From contig CBDEFO010000007.1 in NCBI GenBank assembly GCA_965237525.1, forward strand, positions 704,001-768,000: DNA of 64,000 nucleotides, written 5' to 3'. This document shows, piece by piece, positions 29,419 through 40,300 of this stretch. The first letter of the stretch is position 1; each line of letters begins with the position of its first letter. The position numbers and the translations under genes are program-made. The notes under the pieces are model-generated. The model made no database searches and was not told where the DNA came from. It was given only the letters and a program-made list of their open reading frames with translations. This stretch comes from Candidatus Latescibacterota bacterium (GTDB lineage Bacteria > Latescibacterota > CBDEFO01).

Positions 29419-30729
29419 ATGGTTAGATTATCGGACATCATAAACGAAGACGATCTGCTTAAGAAAGATAAAGAGGGGAAAGATAGCAGCTCTGAGTTGG
29501 ACCCAGGTGCCAAGGATAAGGCCAGATTATCAGACATCATAAAGGGCGATAACCTTTCTAAACTGATTGAGGAACATAGCAGGAAAGATAAAGAAGGGGG
29601 CAATATCACGCTTTTGAGGGAGGTTTACGAAGAGTTGGGTCAGGTGATTAATCAAGATAAACCAGATACACAGGGACAGTTTCCACCTCAGAAGGATCGT
29701 TCTGTGTCACAGACAGCCAAGGACGCCGATGCTACAACCTCAGAGCTCAGTGACATCCCGGCAACCGACGCGTCGGATGACGACATAGAAGAAGTGGATA
29801 AAAGCGGAATAGAAAATCTTTACGACAGGATGTACAGCTACGTTGAGGAGGTTATATTTTCGATTAAGGAGGGAGGCGATTTTTCGCTGCAGGAGGCATT
29901 CCAGATTGCTGAGGAAATTGTGGATTCGTCTGATGCTCAAAACACTCTCTTCCACAAAGCCGTGTACACTGAGGATGAACCGGACACAGATATTCTACAC
30001 TCGTCGGTCATATCCCACTCTGTGAATGTAGCTATATATTCTCTGAGGCTAGGCAAAGGACTGAGTTACGATTACGATAGAGATGAACTTATCCAATTAG
30101 TAGTGGCGGGACTGCTTCACGATGTGGGGATGGTCAAAGTAGAGGACATAATCCGCAAGGAGGGAAAACCTACGCAGGATGAGATGGCTGAAATTCGCAG
30201 GCATCCACAGTACGGCTGTGAGATCCTGGAGAAATTCGGTCCGGACTATTCGTGGCTGGCCGAAGCGGCGCTCCAGGAACATGAAAGACACGGAGGTCAA
30301 GGATATCCCGATCACCTTGCAGGCGAGGAGATTAGCGAATATGCCAGAATCATCGCTGTGGCCGATACCTATGAGGCTATGACTCACACCCGACCGCACA
30401 GGAAAGGTCTGATGTCCTTTGATGCTGTAACTCAGATAGTCCAGAGAGAGAAGGGGCAGTTCGAAAGAGAGGTGGTAAAGGCGTTGATAATGAAACTTTC
30501 AGCGTTTCCGATAGGATGCTACGTTCGATTGAACTCTAAGGCAGTGGGCAGAGTGATAGAGACGAGAGACGAAAGTCCCCTCAAGCCGGTCGTAAGGCTC
30601 CTTTATAATCCTCAGGGAAAGCCTCTAAAGGAGGAAAAAGAGATCGATTTAAGAGATATGTCGATGCTAAGCGTCTCAGAGGCTATCCACGAGAGGGATC
30701 TTCCCAAGAACATAAGGGGCAGGAGATAG
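29419..30729 (+). CDS. HD-GYP cyclic-di-GMP phosphodiesterase family protein
   Basis: HSVNV, LLHDVG, EHER.GGQGYP, ADTYEAMT. Confidence 0.9.
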   Translation: MVRLSDIINEDDLLKKDKEGKDSSSELDPGAKDKARLSDIIKGDNLSKLIEEHSRKDKEGGNITLLREVYEELGQVINQDKPDTQGQFPPQKDRSVSQTAKDADATTSELSDIPATDASDDDIEEVDKSGIENLYDRMYSYVEEVIFSIKEGGDFSLQEAFQIAEEIVDSSDAQNTLFHKAVYTEDEPDTDILHSSVISHSVNVAIYSLRLGKGLSYDYDRDELIQLVVAGLLHDVGMVKVEDIIRKEGKPTQDEMAEIRRHPQYGCEILEKFGPDYSWLAEAALQEHERHGGQGYPDHLAGEEISEYARIIAVADTYEAMTHTRPHRKGLMSFDAVTQIVQREKGQFEREVVKALIMKLSAFPIGCYVRLNSKAVGRVIETRDESPLKPVVRLLYNPQGKPLKEEKEIDLRDMSMLSVSEAIHERDLPKNIRGRR

Positions 30730-30731
30730 AG

Positions 30732-31883
30732 ATGGCCTGGAGAATGGAAGATAGATTCCTTCTTTCTTGTTCGAAGCTGAGTTTAGATGAGGATGCGATT
30801 TATGCCTGTGAGATTGGGTTAGATTGGGATTATGTCTTTACAAAGTCCCTGGATGAAGGATTATCGGGTCTGGTGTACAAGAGTTTGAAACAGATAGCAG
30901 TAGAGGACAGGATTCCACGGGATGTTTTAGAGGATCTAAAAGAGGAGTACTATAGGTCTTTCGGCCGGAACATGGTCCTCCATGCTGCTACCTTAGAGGT
31001 GTTAGAGGCGTTTGAGGATGAAGGAATAGATTGCATCGTTCTTCCGGGCGTATCGCTTATGGATGTGTATAAGGATCCAGGTTTAAGACCGATGGAGGAC
31101 GTAGACATACTGGTACGAAAAAGGGACCAGAGTAAAGCAAGGCGGACGATGCGGAACTTAGGGTATCAGGACAGCGGAAGGTATAAAGATGTGTTTGTAA
31201 AGAACGCGACGATCTTCTTCGATTTGCACACGGATCTTATGAACGCCTCAAGGATAGGTGCAAGGAGCTTTGCCCTCGGGATAAAGGAGGAGGATATATG
31301 GAGCGAAGCCCTTAAAAGAGGAGATGGTAAAGGGGCTTTCCTATCAAAAGAGGATACGATCTTATATCTGGCCGCTCATGTCCTTAAACACTCTTTCAAC
31401 AGGAAGATATGGTTCGTTGACATCAGAAGGTTATTAGAAAGTTGGGACATAAATTGGAGGCGGTTATTGACTCGGGCCCGCCATTTCAACCTGGAAAAGC
31501 CCCTGTACTACTCTTTGACATACGTAAAGGAGATTATGGATGCGGATATTCCGAAAGACGTGTTAGAAGAGATGAAACATTTGAAATTTAACTTTCTGGA
31601 AAGAGCGGTTCTGCGTTCGGCTCTGGAAAACAGGAACGTCGACAAATTGGGCGACCTCCTGTTGTTGTTTAACATAGAGCAGAGAGGGCAAAGGTTCGAG
31701 TTTCTTAAAGAGACCTACCTTCCTAGGCCTGAGGTGATGGCACAGGTCTTCCCAAGGGCGTCCGCGCGATCTTTCTTTTTTGCATATCTTTTGAGGCTTC
31801 TGCAGTTGATGCGGGAGGGTCTTAAGGGATCGACTGGATTTTTGATGGGACTTGTGGGAGAACGGAGAGGATGGGAGACATAA
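30732..31883 (+). CDS. Nucleotidyltransferase family protein (NTP_transf_5)
   Basis: LDWD, YKDPGLRPMEDVDILV, DLH, HVLKH. Confidence 0.85.
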   Translation: MAWRMEDRFLLSCSKLSLDEDAIYACEIGLDWDYVFTKSLDEGLSGLVYKSLKQIAVEDRIPRDVLEDLKEEYYRSFGRNMVLHAATLEVLEAFEDEGIDCIVLPGVSLMDVYKDPGLRPMEDVDILVRKRDQSKARRTMRNLGYQDSGRYKDVFVKNATIFFDLHTDLMNASRIGARSFALGIKEEDIWSEALKRGDGKGAFLSKEDTILYLAAHVLKHSFNRKIWFVDIRRLLESWDINWRRLLTRARHFNLEKPLYYSLTYVKEIMDADIPKDVLEEMKHLKFNFLERAVLRSALENRNVDKLGDLLLLFNIEQRGQRFEFLKETYLPRPEVMAQVFPRASARSFFFAYLLRLLQLMREGLKGSTGFLMGLVGERRGWET

Positions 31884-31944
31884 TCTTTTGTCTGCTGTCT
31901 ACTTTTTAAAGGGTCTGTTTGAAAATAAAAGGAGGGAACTCCTA

Positions 31945-33126
31945 ATGGATCTCCAAAGAAAAGGAGTTATAATAGGCGTGATGGTCTTATTAGTAGGGTG
32001 TGCAGCAAGTGTGCCCGCCCCTCAAGTAGGAGATGACGACGGGGTTGGGAGGCTTGAAGGGGCCTATGTACATCGTTTGCCTGAGCCAGGCCCTGCTGAG
32101 AATAGGTCGTACACCGAGGAATTCGGCTTCCCTGAGTATCTGATAGGACCGACCGATGAGCTGAAGATAAAATTGGCTTTTGGGACCCAAGAGACTGAGG
32201 AGACCGTTGTCGTGCGACCGGATGGGAGGATCTCCTTTGAGTTGGTTCATGATCTGGAAGTGGCGGGTTTAACTCCAAGGGAAGTGGACGATCTCCTGAC
32301 AGAGTCTCTAATTGTATATCTGAAAGTTCCAAAGGTGGATGTGTTAGTGGATAAATACAACAGCAGGAGGGTGGCTCTATTAGGCGCGATACAGACTACT
32401 CAGCAGGCGGGAGACAATGGACCGGGCGTCTATTCACTAACTGGGAAAAAGACCGTGTTGGATATTATCCTGGAGGCAGGCGGACCTACGGACGATGCGC
32501 AGTTGGACAGTATCAAGTTGACCAGGGGGAGTAAAGAATATATCATAAATCTTAATAGGATAAAGGACGCAAGTATCACTTTGGAGGGAGGAGACCTTGT
32601 ACGAGTGCCCGGATTGTCGGTGGTGGATAGGAAGGTACTAGTGATAGGAGAGGTTAGATCTCAAGGGGTGTTCAGCTTCCCAAGCGACGTGAGTGTGATG
32701 GAGGCTGTTATCAGGGCCGGCGGCTTCACGAATGACGCTGTAAGGGAGGATATAAAGATTATAAGAGGAGACGCGTCTAATCCTCAGATGTTTTCTGTGG
32801 ATGCGGAAAGCATATTGGAGAACGCTGATCTGGCTCAGAATATTATACTTGAAAATAACGATATTCTTTATGTTCCGAGGTCATTCATATCGGATATAAA
32901 TGTTGCCATAAACAAGATAAACCCGATATTGAGCCTAATTGTGTGGCCGAGCACCTATAGGGACCTGTACACGACAGGCGGCGGCTTGAGGATAGATACG
33001 GGACCTCCGGAGACAGGCACTACCACCCTGCGGACGCTCCCAATAGGTAAGCCCACAGCGGGAGCGAAGGCTGTGGCTGACAACGAGAAAGATTCCAAGG
33101 AAAAAAAGACCTCTCAAGATGAGTAG
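31945..33126 (+). CDS. Polysaccharide export lipoprotein (Wza/OPX, SLBB domains)
   Basis: Lipobox LVGC; YLIGPTD, VRPDGRISF, AGLT, GEV, AGGFT. Confidence 0.9.
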   Translation: MDLQRKGVIIGVMVLLVGCAASVPAPQVGDDDGVGRLEGAYVHRLPEPGPAENRSYTEEFGFPEYLIGPTDELKIKLAFGTQETEETVVVRPDGRISFELVHDLEVAGLTPREVDDLLTESLIVYLKVPKVDVLVDKYNSRRVALLGAIQTTQQAGDNGPGVYSLTGKKTVLDIILEAGGPTDDAQLDSIKLTRGSKEYIINLNRIKDASITLEGGDLVRVPGLSVVDRKVLVIGEVRSQGVFSFPSDVSVMEAVIRAGGFTNDAVREDIKIIRGDASNPQMFSVDAESILENADLAQNIILENNDILYVPRSFISDINVAINKINPILSLIVWPSTYRDLYTTGGGLRIDTGPPETGTTTLRTLPIGKPTAGAKAVADNEKDSKEKKTSQDE

Positions 33127-33149
33127 ACAGGGAAGGACAGTGGTAAAGA

Positions 33150-36100
33150 ATGGCGTCTCAATATGAATTAAGCTTAAGAGACTACTGGCGGATACTGCGC
33201 AAGCGGAGGTTTCTCATTGCCTTCACTGCGTTGATGTTGGGGATATTCACCTTTATGGTGAGTTCTTTTTCAAGACCTGTCCCTAAATATAGCGCCTCTG
33301 CAAAGATACAGATTGAAAAGGAAACTTCACCGACCAGTCAATATACCGATGCACTATCGTCGTACTACGGAGGAGGAGGTGACCTGGAGACAAGAAAAGG
33401 TGTTATAAGAAGTCAGAAAGTTTTGTCTATCGCCTCCAAAAACTTAGGCATGATAGGAAAAGACATCAGTTTGACAGAAATAGCCGATACCCCTGAATAT
33501 ATTCGCAAGATCGAAAGCCTTGAGAAGAGCGTGAGTATTGAGCAGGAAGAACTTACCGATATTATAACCATCTCAGCCGTACACATCTATCCCGATACGG
33601 CGGCAAAGATTGCAAACGCTGTCGCAGAGGCATATAGGGATTACCACTGGGATCAGGTGACGAGCCAGCCCAAGGAAGCAATAAGACGCATAAAGGAGTT
33701 GACGGACGCTGAGAAAGATAGTCTGGCACAGGCCGAGATGAATTTGAAAAGGTACAGGGAGGAAAAGAATATCATCTCTTTGGTCGCTCAGACGAGCCTT
33801 GTGCTGAGCGAGAAGTCCATAACTCGAACATCGCATACGGAGGCAGAGTCAGCTTTAAATCAGATCAATGATGTTATTAAGCAGGTAGATAAGGTGGGAA
33901 CTATATCGGAGGAGGCGCTGGAGAGCCTCCCGAAAAGATCGCTACAGGTGTTTTCATGTCTTTGGCAACAAGCCTAACTAATCTAAGCAGCGAAAGGGAA
34001 GTCTTGCTTTTAGACTATAGTGTTAGGCACCCTCAGCTTCGGGCGACAGATATTAAGATTGCTAATGTCAAGAAGGATATGGTCGAGGAGCTAAGAGGGA
34101 TGCAAAAGGCGCTGGAGGTCGAGCAGAAAAAGTTCAAGGCGAGGCTGGACGCGCTATCGGCAGAAGAAAAGAGGATCCCTCAAAGGCGACTGGAACTTGA
34201 GAGGCTTATGGCAGATGTGGAAGGTAGACGTCAGATAGTTACGGCTTTGGAGGAACAGTACCATACAGCAAGGATACAAATGGAGAGCACCGGGGCCGAA
34301 CGGGTGGTGATAATTCAACACGCATTCGCATCCAGTGTACCCATAAATCCGACTAATCCTCTGTCTATAGCTGTTGTAGGATCTGCCATAGGCATGATAT
34401 TAGGGCTCCTTTTTGCATTTATTGCTGAGACTATGGACACTTCTATAGGGACGATCGAGGACGTCGAAGAGTATGTGGGGGCTTCTGTAGTGGGGCTGAT
34501 ACCTCACATAGATATTGAAGAGGTGAAAGCGTCTCTAATGGCCAAGGGAGTGGCTGATCAAGATGAAGCGGCTATAGAGCAGAAGGCGCGATTGGTAGCG
34601 CATTTTGATCCTCAGTCTAACATAGCAGAAAGCTACAGGGCCTTAAGGACGAACATCCAGTTTTTGACTGTTGAGAAGAACGCCAAAAGTGTTTTGGTCA
34701 CAAGCTCCACCCAGCAGGAGGGTAAGACGACGACGATGGTGAATTTTGCCATGACCATGGCTCAGGTGGGGGAAAAGACGCTCCTTATAGACACCGATTT
34801 GAGAAAACCTGTGGTCAATAAAGTATTCGGGTTGGAAAGAGAACCTGGTTTGTCGGACGTGATACTGGGCAATTACGACTACAAGGACGTTGTCAGGACT
34901 GTGGCGGACATAATGACAGGGGAAATGGGCATGGAGGATATTATGATGACCCCTGGGATGGATAATCTGAACATAATCACCAGCGGAACGATTCCCCCTA
35001 ACCCCACTGAAATATTGAGCTCACAGTCTATGAAGGATTTCATAAGGGAAGTGGAGGAGGACTACGATATAGTGCTCTTTGACTGCCCCCCCATACTCCA
35101 GGCCACCGACGCAGCCATCTTGGCCCGAGAAATAGATGGGGTGATCCTGGTATATAGGGTGGGTGAGGTTCCGAGAAATTCGTTGAAGCGGGCAAAGCTT
35201 CAGTTGGATCAAGTGGATGTTCAGACGCTGGGGATTGTGCTGAACGGCGCTCGCGCGGATATAAGCTCGGACTTCTACGATATGAGGTATTACTATTCGT
35301 CGTATTACTCTTACGGCAGTGAAAATAGAGAGGAATCGAAAGCCGGACTGCTGTCCAGGCTCGTGGATAACGCCAAATCTGTATTCGGCAGCAGTAATGG
35401 TAAAGATTCAGAAAAGGGCGAACGCTCCGCCGAAAGCAAAGACAGCGAAACAGGAAAAGGCAAAGTTGCAAGATTAGGGGTCAACGTTTTCTTGTCTGCG
35501 TTTGTGGCCGTAGGGTTCATGTGGCAGATGGGTCTGATATCGCTTGGAAAGCAGATAGATAGAAAACGTACAGAAAACACAGAAATTCCAATCGAGAGAG
35601 AATTGACAGAAACACCTAAAGGAATTCGGGAGGAAAAGGTAGATGCCCCTATTGACAAAGAGTCCAAAGTAAAAGGGGCGTATCAGAGCCAAACGGGGAC
35701 TCCGAAGAGTATTCAAGCATCTTTTGAGGAAAAAGGCGTTTCAAAGGAGACGAATGCAGATCCAGAACGAGATATTGTAGGGGCGTTGGACTCCTCCCAT
35801 GAAACCGATGGGTCCCAAAGCGTCGCCACAGCAGCGCTTGCGCCCGAAGAGAAAGATCCAGTTTACTTAAAGGATATAGCAGAACGTCTACAGGGAACCG
35901 AGAATCTTCCCATGGAGACAAACCATGATAGAAAGAGACCTTTCTCCGTACATGTAGGATCGTATAAGATGCTAGAAAATATGAACCTACAGATGGAACG
36001 ACTCAGGGCAAAGGGATACGAGGTGTTTGTCGTGGGTGCAAATGTGGGCGGTGACACCTTCCACAGGATTTTGGTAGGCGGGTTCGAAAACATCGTTGGA

Positions 36101-36391
36101 GCAAAGGTACAAGCTGATCATTTGAAAATGAGGGGCCATACAGATTATGCGGAGGCTATGGATTTGCCTTACGGCGTGCAGATAGGCACCTTTGACCTGA
36201 GGGAACTTGCCCAATATGAAGCTGATGAGTTAATAAAGGATGGCTATTATCCGTATATAACGGTTGCAGATGGACTGGACAGCGCAAGTTTCAGTTTAAT
36301 GTTAGGAGCGTTTAAGACAGAAAAGGAGGCCGAAGCGTTCTCCCAAGAGATGGGAGGAAAGGGAAAGTCTAATCAGGTCATCCTAAGATAG
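33150..36391 (+). CDS. Polysaccharide co-polymerase / tyrosine autokinase (Wzc-like) fused to extra TM and two SPOR domains; 1-base frameshift near 33930
   Basis: LRDYWRIL (Wzz N-term), AESYRALRTN, EGKTT, DTDLRKP, FDCPP, Y-cluster YYYSSYYSY, then TM, FSVHVGSY...HRILVGGF and YGVQIGTF...GAF. Confidence 0.88.
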
Positions 36392-36526
36392 GAAGATGGC
36401 CCTCCTATCGAAAAGTTCATATGCCTAATCTTTCCTGGCCACTTGTGTCATTGCTTGCCTGGCTTTTTAATCAAAGATATTAAGTAGCTTGAAAACTTGT
36501 TGGATATATTAAGTCAGTAGACAGGT

Positions 36527-36649
36527 GAGATTCCTTCAGGTTTTGGGCCTCGCAATGACAAAAGTCTTTGCACTGTCATTGCCATCCGAAGTCCAGAGCC
36601 TTGGCTCAGAGCAAAGCAAAGGCTCTGCGAAGGGTCAGTGAGCAATCTC
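36527..36649. repeat. REP-like composite element
   Basis: gagatt...ctcgcaatgac ... gtcattgc ... gcgaagggtcag ... gcaatctc. Confidence 0.65.
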
Positions 36650-36769
36650 CGTTAGGTCGCCTTTTCCTCTTAAGACGTTTACTATCTTGGATCTCTATAG
36701 TCTTGGCCAGAATATTTTCACCCGACACTCAGTTGGCGTAGATTTCAGGTCGAAAGGAAGGTGATTTCA

Positions 36770-37072
36770 ATGCCATATTCGAGCCATTCAAGGCGCTCAC
36801 GCCGTTCACGCCGTAGAAGAAGTGGACGATCTAATGTAAAGAGGGAGACCAAGCTATATCTGGCTATAACACTTGCGTGCTTTTTAGCTGCCGCTTTCAT
36901 AAGTTTTGTGACAGGCGCAGCCCCCGATCTCATAAGGGGCTTTATCAGTAATTATGTCCAAAAAACGATAAGCACTGAGATCAAAAAGGCTCAGGAGGAA
37001 ATATCCTCTGGGGGTGGTATGGACGTCGATAAGATGAAAGAGATGATGGGAAAATCAAAAAGGGGAAGATAG
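36770..37072 (+). CDS. Small membrane protein with Arg/Ser-rich N-terminus
   Basis: RBS-like aggaaggtga; SHSRRSRRSRRRRSGRS then one TM helix. Confidence 0.65.
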   Translation: MPYSSHSRRSRRSRRRRSGRSNVKRETKLYLAITLACFLAAAFISFVTGAAPDLIRGFISNYVQKTISTEIKKAQEEISSGGGMDVDKMKEMMGKSKRGR

Positions 37073-37127
37073 TTAGTATTTTATTGAGTTTTGAACGTGT
37101 GGTTTTAGAACATATAAGGCGTAATAT

Positions 37128-38545
37128 ATGAACTCTCGCTATAGAAACTCAAGTGTGCTTTCCTTGGGAGGAATAGTTGTCTTAACGCTGTTACTGTCCC
37201 TGGTAGTATCGAGGGTACCATACGAAATGAGCATTGCCCTCGTTATAGGTGTCTGTGTGCTTGTCGTCAGTTTTTTGTACGCAGAGGCAGTTTTTTGTAC
37301 GCAGAGGCAGCTATTTATATCCTTATCCTTTCAATGCTCCTTTCACCTGAGTTTGGAACCAGAGAGACAAGCGGAGAGGGAGCGACTATCCGACTGGAGG
37401 ATATACTTCTGGTGGTCGTAGGTTGCAGTTGGTTAGCGAGGATGGCTGTACATAAGGATCTGGGATTCTTTTTGAAGACGGAGTTCAACCGTCCGATTCG
37501 GAACTATGCAATGGCGTGTATCCTTGCCACAGGAGCAGGGATACTCTACGGAGACGTTAAATCTCCGATCACAGGCTTCTTTTTCGTCTTGAAATACATA
37601 GAGTACTTTGTGATGTTTTTTATGGTGGTAAATCATATCGAGAGCAGAAGACAGGTCAGATCGTTTCTGATAGTGGCTTTGATAACGTGTTCTATTGTAT
37701 GTTTTGCATCTTTGGCTCAGATACCGGCGGGAGGTAGGATAACTGCGCCCTTCGAAGGAGAAGGTGGCGAGCCGAATACGCTGGGGGGCTATCTGGTGCT
37801 CATGTTGTCTCTGGTGCTAGGACTCCTTTTTAATATGGATGATCGGGATTCAAAAACGTATAAGAGGGCGCTGTTAGGACTTTCGTTTCTGTGTGCAGTT
37901 CTGATTCTATTTACACAGTCGAGAGGGTCGTGGATGGCTGTGGGGGTTATGTACGTAACGCTGACTGTCTTAAGTAAGAGGAGACTATTGCTCATCCTGG
38001 GGCTCTTGGTAGTGATCCCTCTTTCTCCAGTTATCCTGCCAAAGGCTGTTAAGGAGAGGGTGTCGTACACGTTCAAAAAGGGCGAATCTGAGCAGTGGAG
38101 GAAAATGCAAAGGGATGTAGGCGGTGTTACTCTGGATACTTCGACTTCAGATAGATTGGGGGCTTGGGAGAACGCCTTAAAGGGATTTCTGCGCCATCCG
38201 ATACTGGGATATGGGATTACAGGTTGGAGATTCTTGGACGCTCAATTTATAAAGACGCTGGTCGAAACAGGACTTGTGGGTTTCACCGCCTTCATCGCCC
38301 TCTTGGTCAAGATCCTTCAGGTGGCGTGGAGAACTTACAAACAGACCGAAGATAGAATGTACAAAGGGATATGCATGGGATTTTTTGTCGGTACGGTCGC
38401 TATGATCGCACATGGACTCTTCGCGAATACGTTTATTATAGTCAGGATCATGGAGCCTTACTGGCTCCTCGGGGGACTAGTGGTGATAATTCCCATTCTG
38501 GAGGCAAAAGCAAATGAGGCATCCCTGGAGACTGTAGCTGCTTAG
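37128..38545 (+). pseudogene. O-antigen ligase/polymerase (Wzy_C) family gene frameshifted by a 20-bp tandem duplication
   Basis: Multi-TM; GEPNTLGGYL, TQSRG, HPILGYG, ETGLVG; ttttttgtacgcagaggcag repeated at 37271-37310. Confidence 0.85.
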
Positions 38546-38578
38546 GTCAGGCCGGGACATGCTCACACATCGGAAAAT

Positions 38579-39151
38579 ATGAAGAAACAAACTCAAATTA
38601 ACGGAATTCTGTCACCACTATTGCAAAATATGAGGATAAAGAATGCGTTAGCTTTTATACGTGGAAATCGCATACTTGATGTTGGGTGTTCAGCAGGAGA
38701 AATGATTCGATATCTTCCACATGATGTCGACTACATATGAATTGAAGGAAACGCTACTTATTTCAAAAATGCACAATTATTACATCCGGATCATACTTTT
38801 GTCAATCTGTATATTGACGGTGATAACTCCGCCAATTTAGATGTACCTGAGAGAGACACAATTATTATGCTTGCGATTTTGGAACATTTAAACCACCCGA
38901 TGGAGACCTTAAGAAACTTAAGAAGCTATTTATCCAAAGAGGGAATTATTATTATCACGACCCCAAGTAACTACGCAAGATATATTCTCCAGATAGGATC
39001 AAGATTTAGAATATTTTCTAGCGAGATGGATGAGCATAAGAATCACTTTTCCCAATCGGAGCTTATATCAATCTGTAGGGATGCAGGCTCAACAATTATC
39101 TGCTATTCCAGATTTGAGCTTGGGATGAATCATTTGATTGTGATAAAATAG
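38579..39151 (+). pseudogene. Class I SAM methyltransferase with in-frame TGA at 38738
   Basis: ILDVGCSAG...DYI*IEG...LAILEHL...IITTP in one frame. Confidence 0.8.
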
Positions 39152-39209
39152 TGATCGATTAGGACGATGTGGCGTTTTTGGAAGGACAGTTTAAGAAGCA
39201 GGACTGGAT

Positions 39210-39968
39210 ATGCTAACGCATCAGCAGAGAGAAATAGAACTCCACAGGCGGCTTGCCGGAGAATACGATGTCAGGTACGGTTTCGGGTATTCAAGGATAT
39301 TTCAGGACTATTGGAATAGAGTAATAATAGACGAATTGCCAGATGGAAAGGTAGCTTTGGATATAGGTTGTGGAACAGGGGTGCTGTTAGATGAGTTAGT
39401 AAAGAAATGCGATTTTGCAGTAGGTTTAGATATATCCATAGAAATGCTGAGGAGGGACACAAGACAGGACAAGAACTTTAAAGGAACAACAGTAGGAGAT
39501 GGCATGAGTCTTCCTTACAAGTCAGGATCTTTCGAAGCTGTGGCATGTAGAGGATCCCTTCATCACATGCCGTCCTTGACATCGGTCCTGTGTGAGATCC
39601 ATAGGGTTTTGAAGGATAAAGGAGCGTTAGTGCTATCTGAGCCGAGCAATGACTCTCTTGTAGTTAGATTAGCCAGAAAGATAATGTATAAAAGGTCGAA
39701 TAAGTTTGACGAAGCCGACGTGGCGTTTTTGGAGGGACAGTTGAAGCGTACGTTGGAAGAATGCGGTTTTAGGGTAAAAAAAGCCAAAAGATTTGGATTT
39801 ACAGCATATGCGCTGGCGGGATTCCCTGATCATCTTCCTCTTTTGAAGTATGTTCCATTCAATGAAGCGGTGACAAGATTTCTGCTCCTATGGGATAGAT
39901 TCCTCGCTGTGATTCCGCTGATTAAAAGCCAGAGTTTACACGTGATTATGTGTGCACAGAAGATTTAG
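39210..39968 (+). CDS. Class I SAM-dependent methyltransferase
   Basis: LDIGCGTG, GLDIS, LPY, LHH, EIHRVL. Confidence 0.9.
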   Translation: MLTHQQREIELHRRLAGEYDVRYGFGYSRIFQDYWNRVIIDELPDGKVALDIGCGTGVLLDELVKKCDFAVGLDISIEMLRRDTRQDKNFKGTTVGDGMSLPYKSGSFEAVACRGSLHHMPSLTSVLCEIHRVLKDKGALVLSEPSNDSLVVRLARKIMYKRSNKFDEADVAFLEGQLKRTLEECGFRVKKAKRFGFTAYALAGFPDHLPLLKYVPFNEAVTRFLLLWDRFLAVIPLIKSQSLHVIMCAQKI

Positions 39969-39976
39969 ACAAAGTT

Positions 39977-40285
39977 ATGAACCGAAGCGAGGACATAAAC
40001 GTGAGGAACGTCAAATCATCGGTTCAGTTGGAGTGTCCACAGCGACGTGAGGATCTGTTGTGTAGAGAAATAGACGACGAAGGTGTCGTCTACGACTGGA
40101 AGGGAAATTTAGTTCACTCTCTGAACCTGACAGCGGCTTTTGTCTTTAAGTTATGCGATGGAGAACACTCTGTAGAGGATATAACAAATAAGGTTGCGTC
40201 TAACTTCGACGTGAAACGGGAAAGGGCCCAAGAAGATGTAGAAAGGGTCATTGAAGAGTTAAAGGAACTGAGGCTTTTGGAATAA
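39977..40285 (+). CDS. PqqD family protein (RiPP recognition element)
   Basis: REIDDEGVVYD...HSLNLTAAFVFKLCDG...V...L..L.LLE. Confidence 0.85.
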   Translation: MNRSEDINVRNVKSSVQLECPQRREDLLCREIDDEGVVYDWKGNLVHSLNLTAAFVFKLCDGEHSVEDITNKVASNFDVKRERAQEDVERVIEELKELRLLE

Positions 40286-40300
40286 TACGGAGAATAGTGA

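Noticed and set aside
38738..38740. TGA read as Gly or Sec
   Set aside because: TGA is a normal stop in many genes here and the site is a Gly position, not Cys; a nonsense change or base error is simpler
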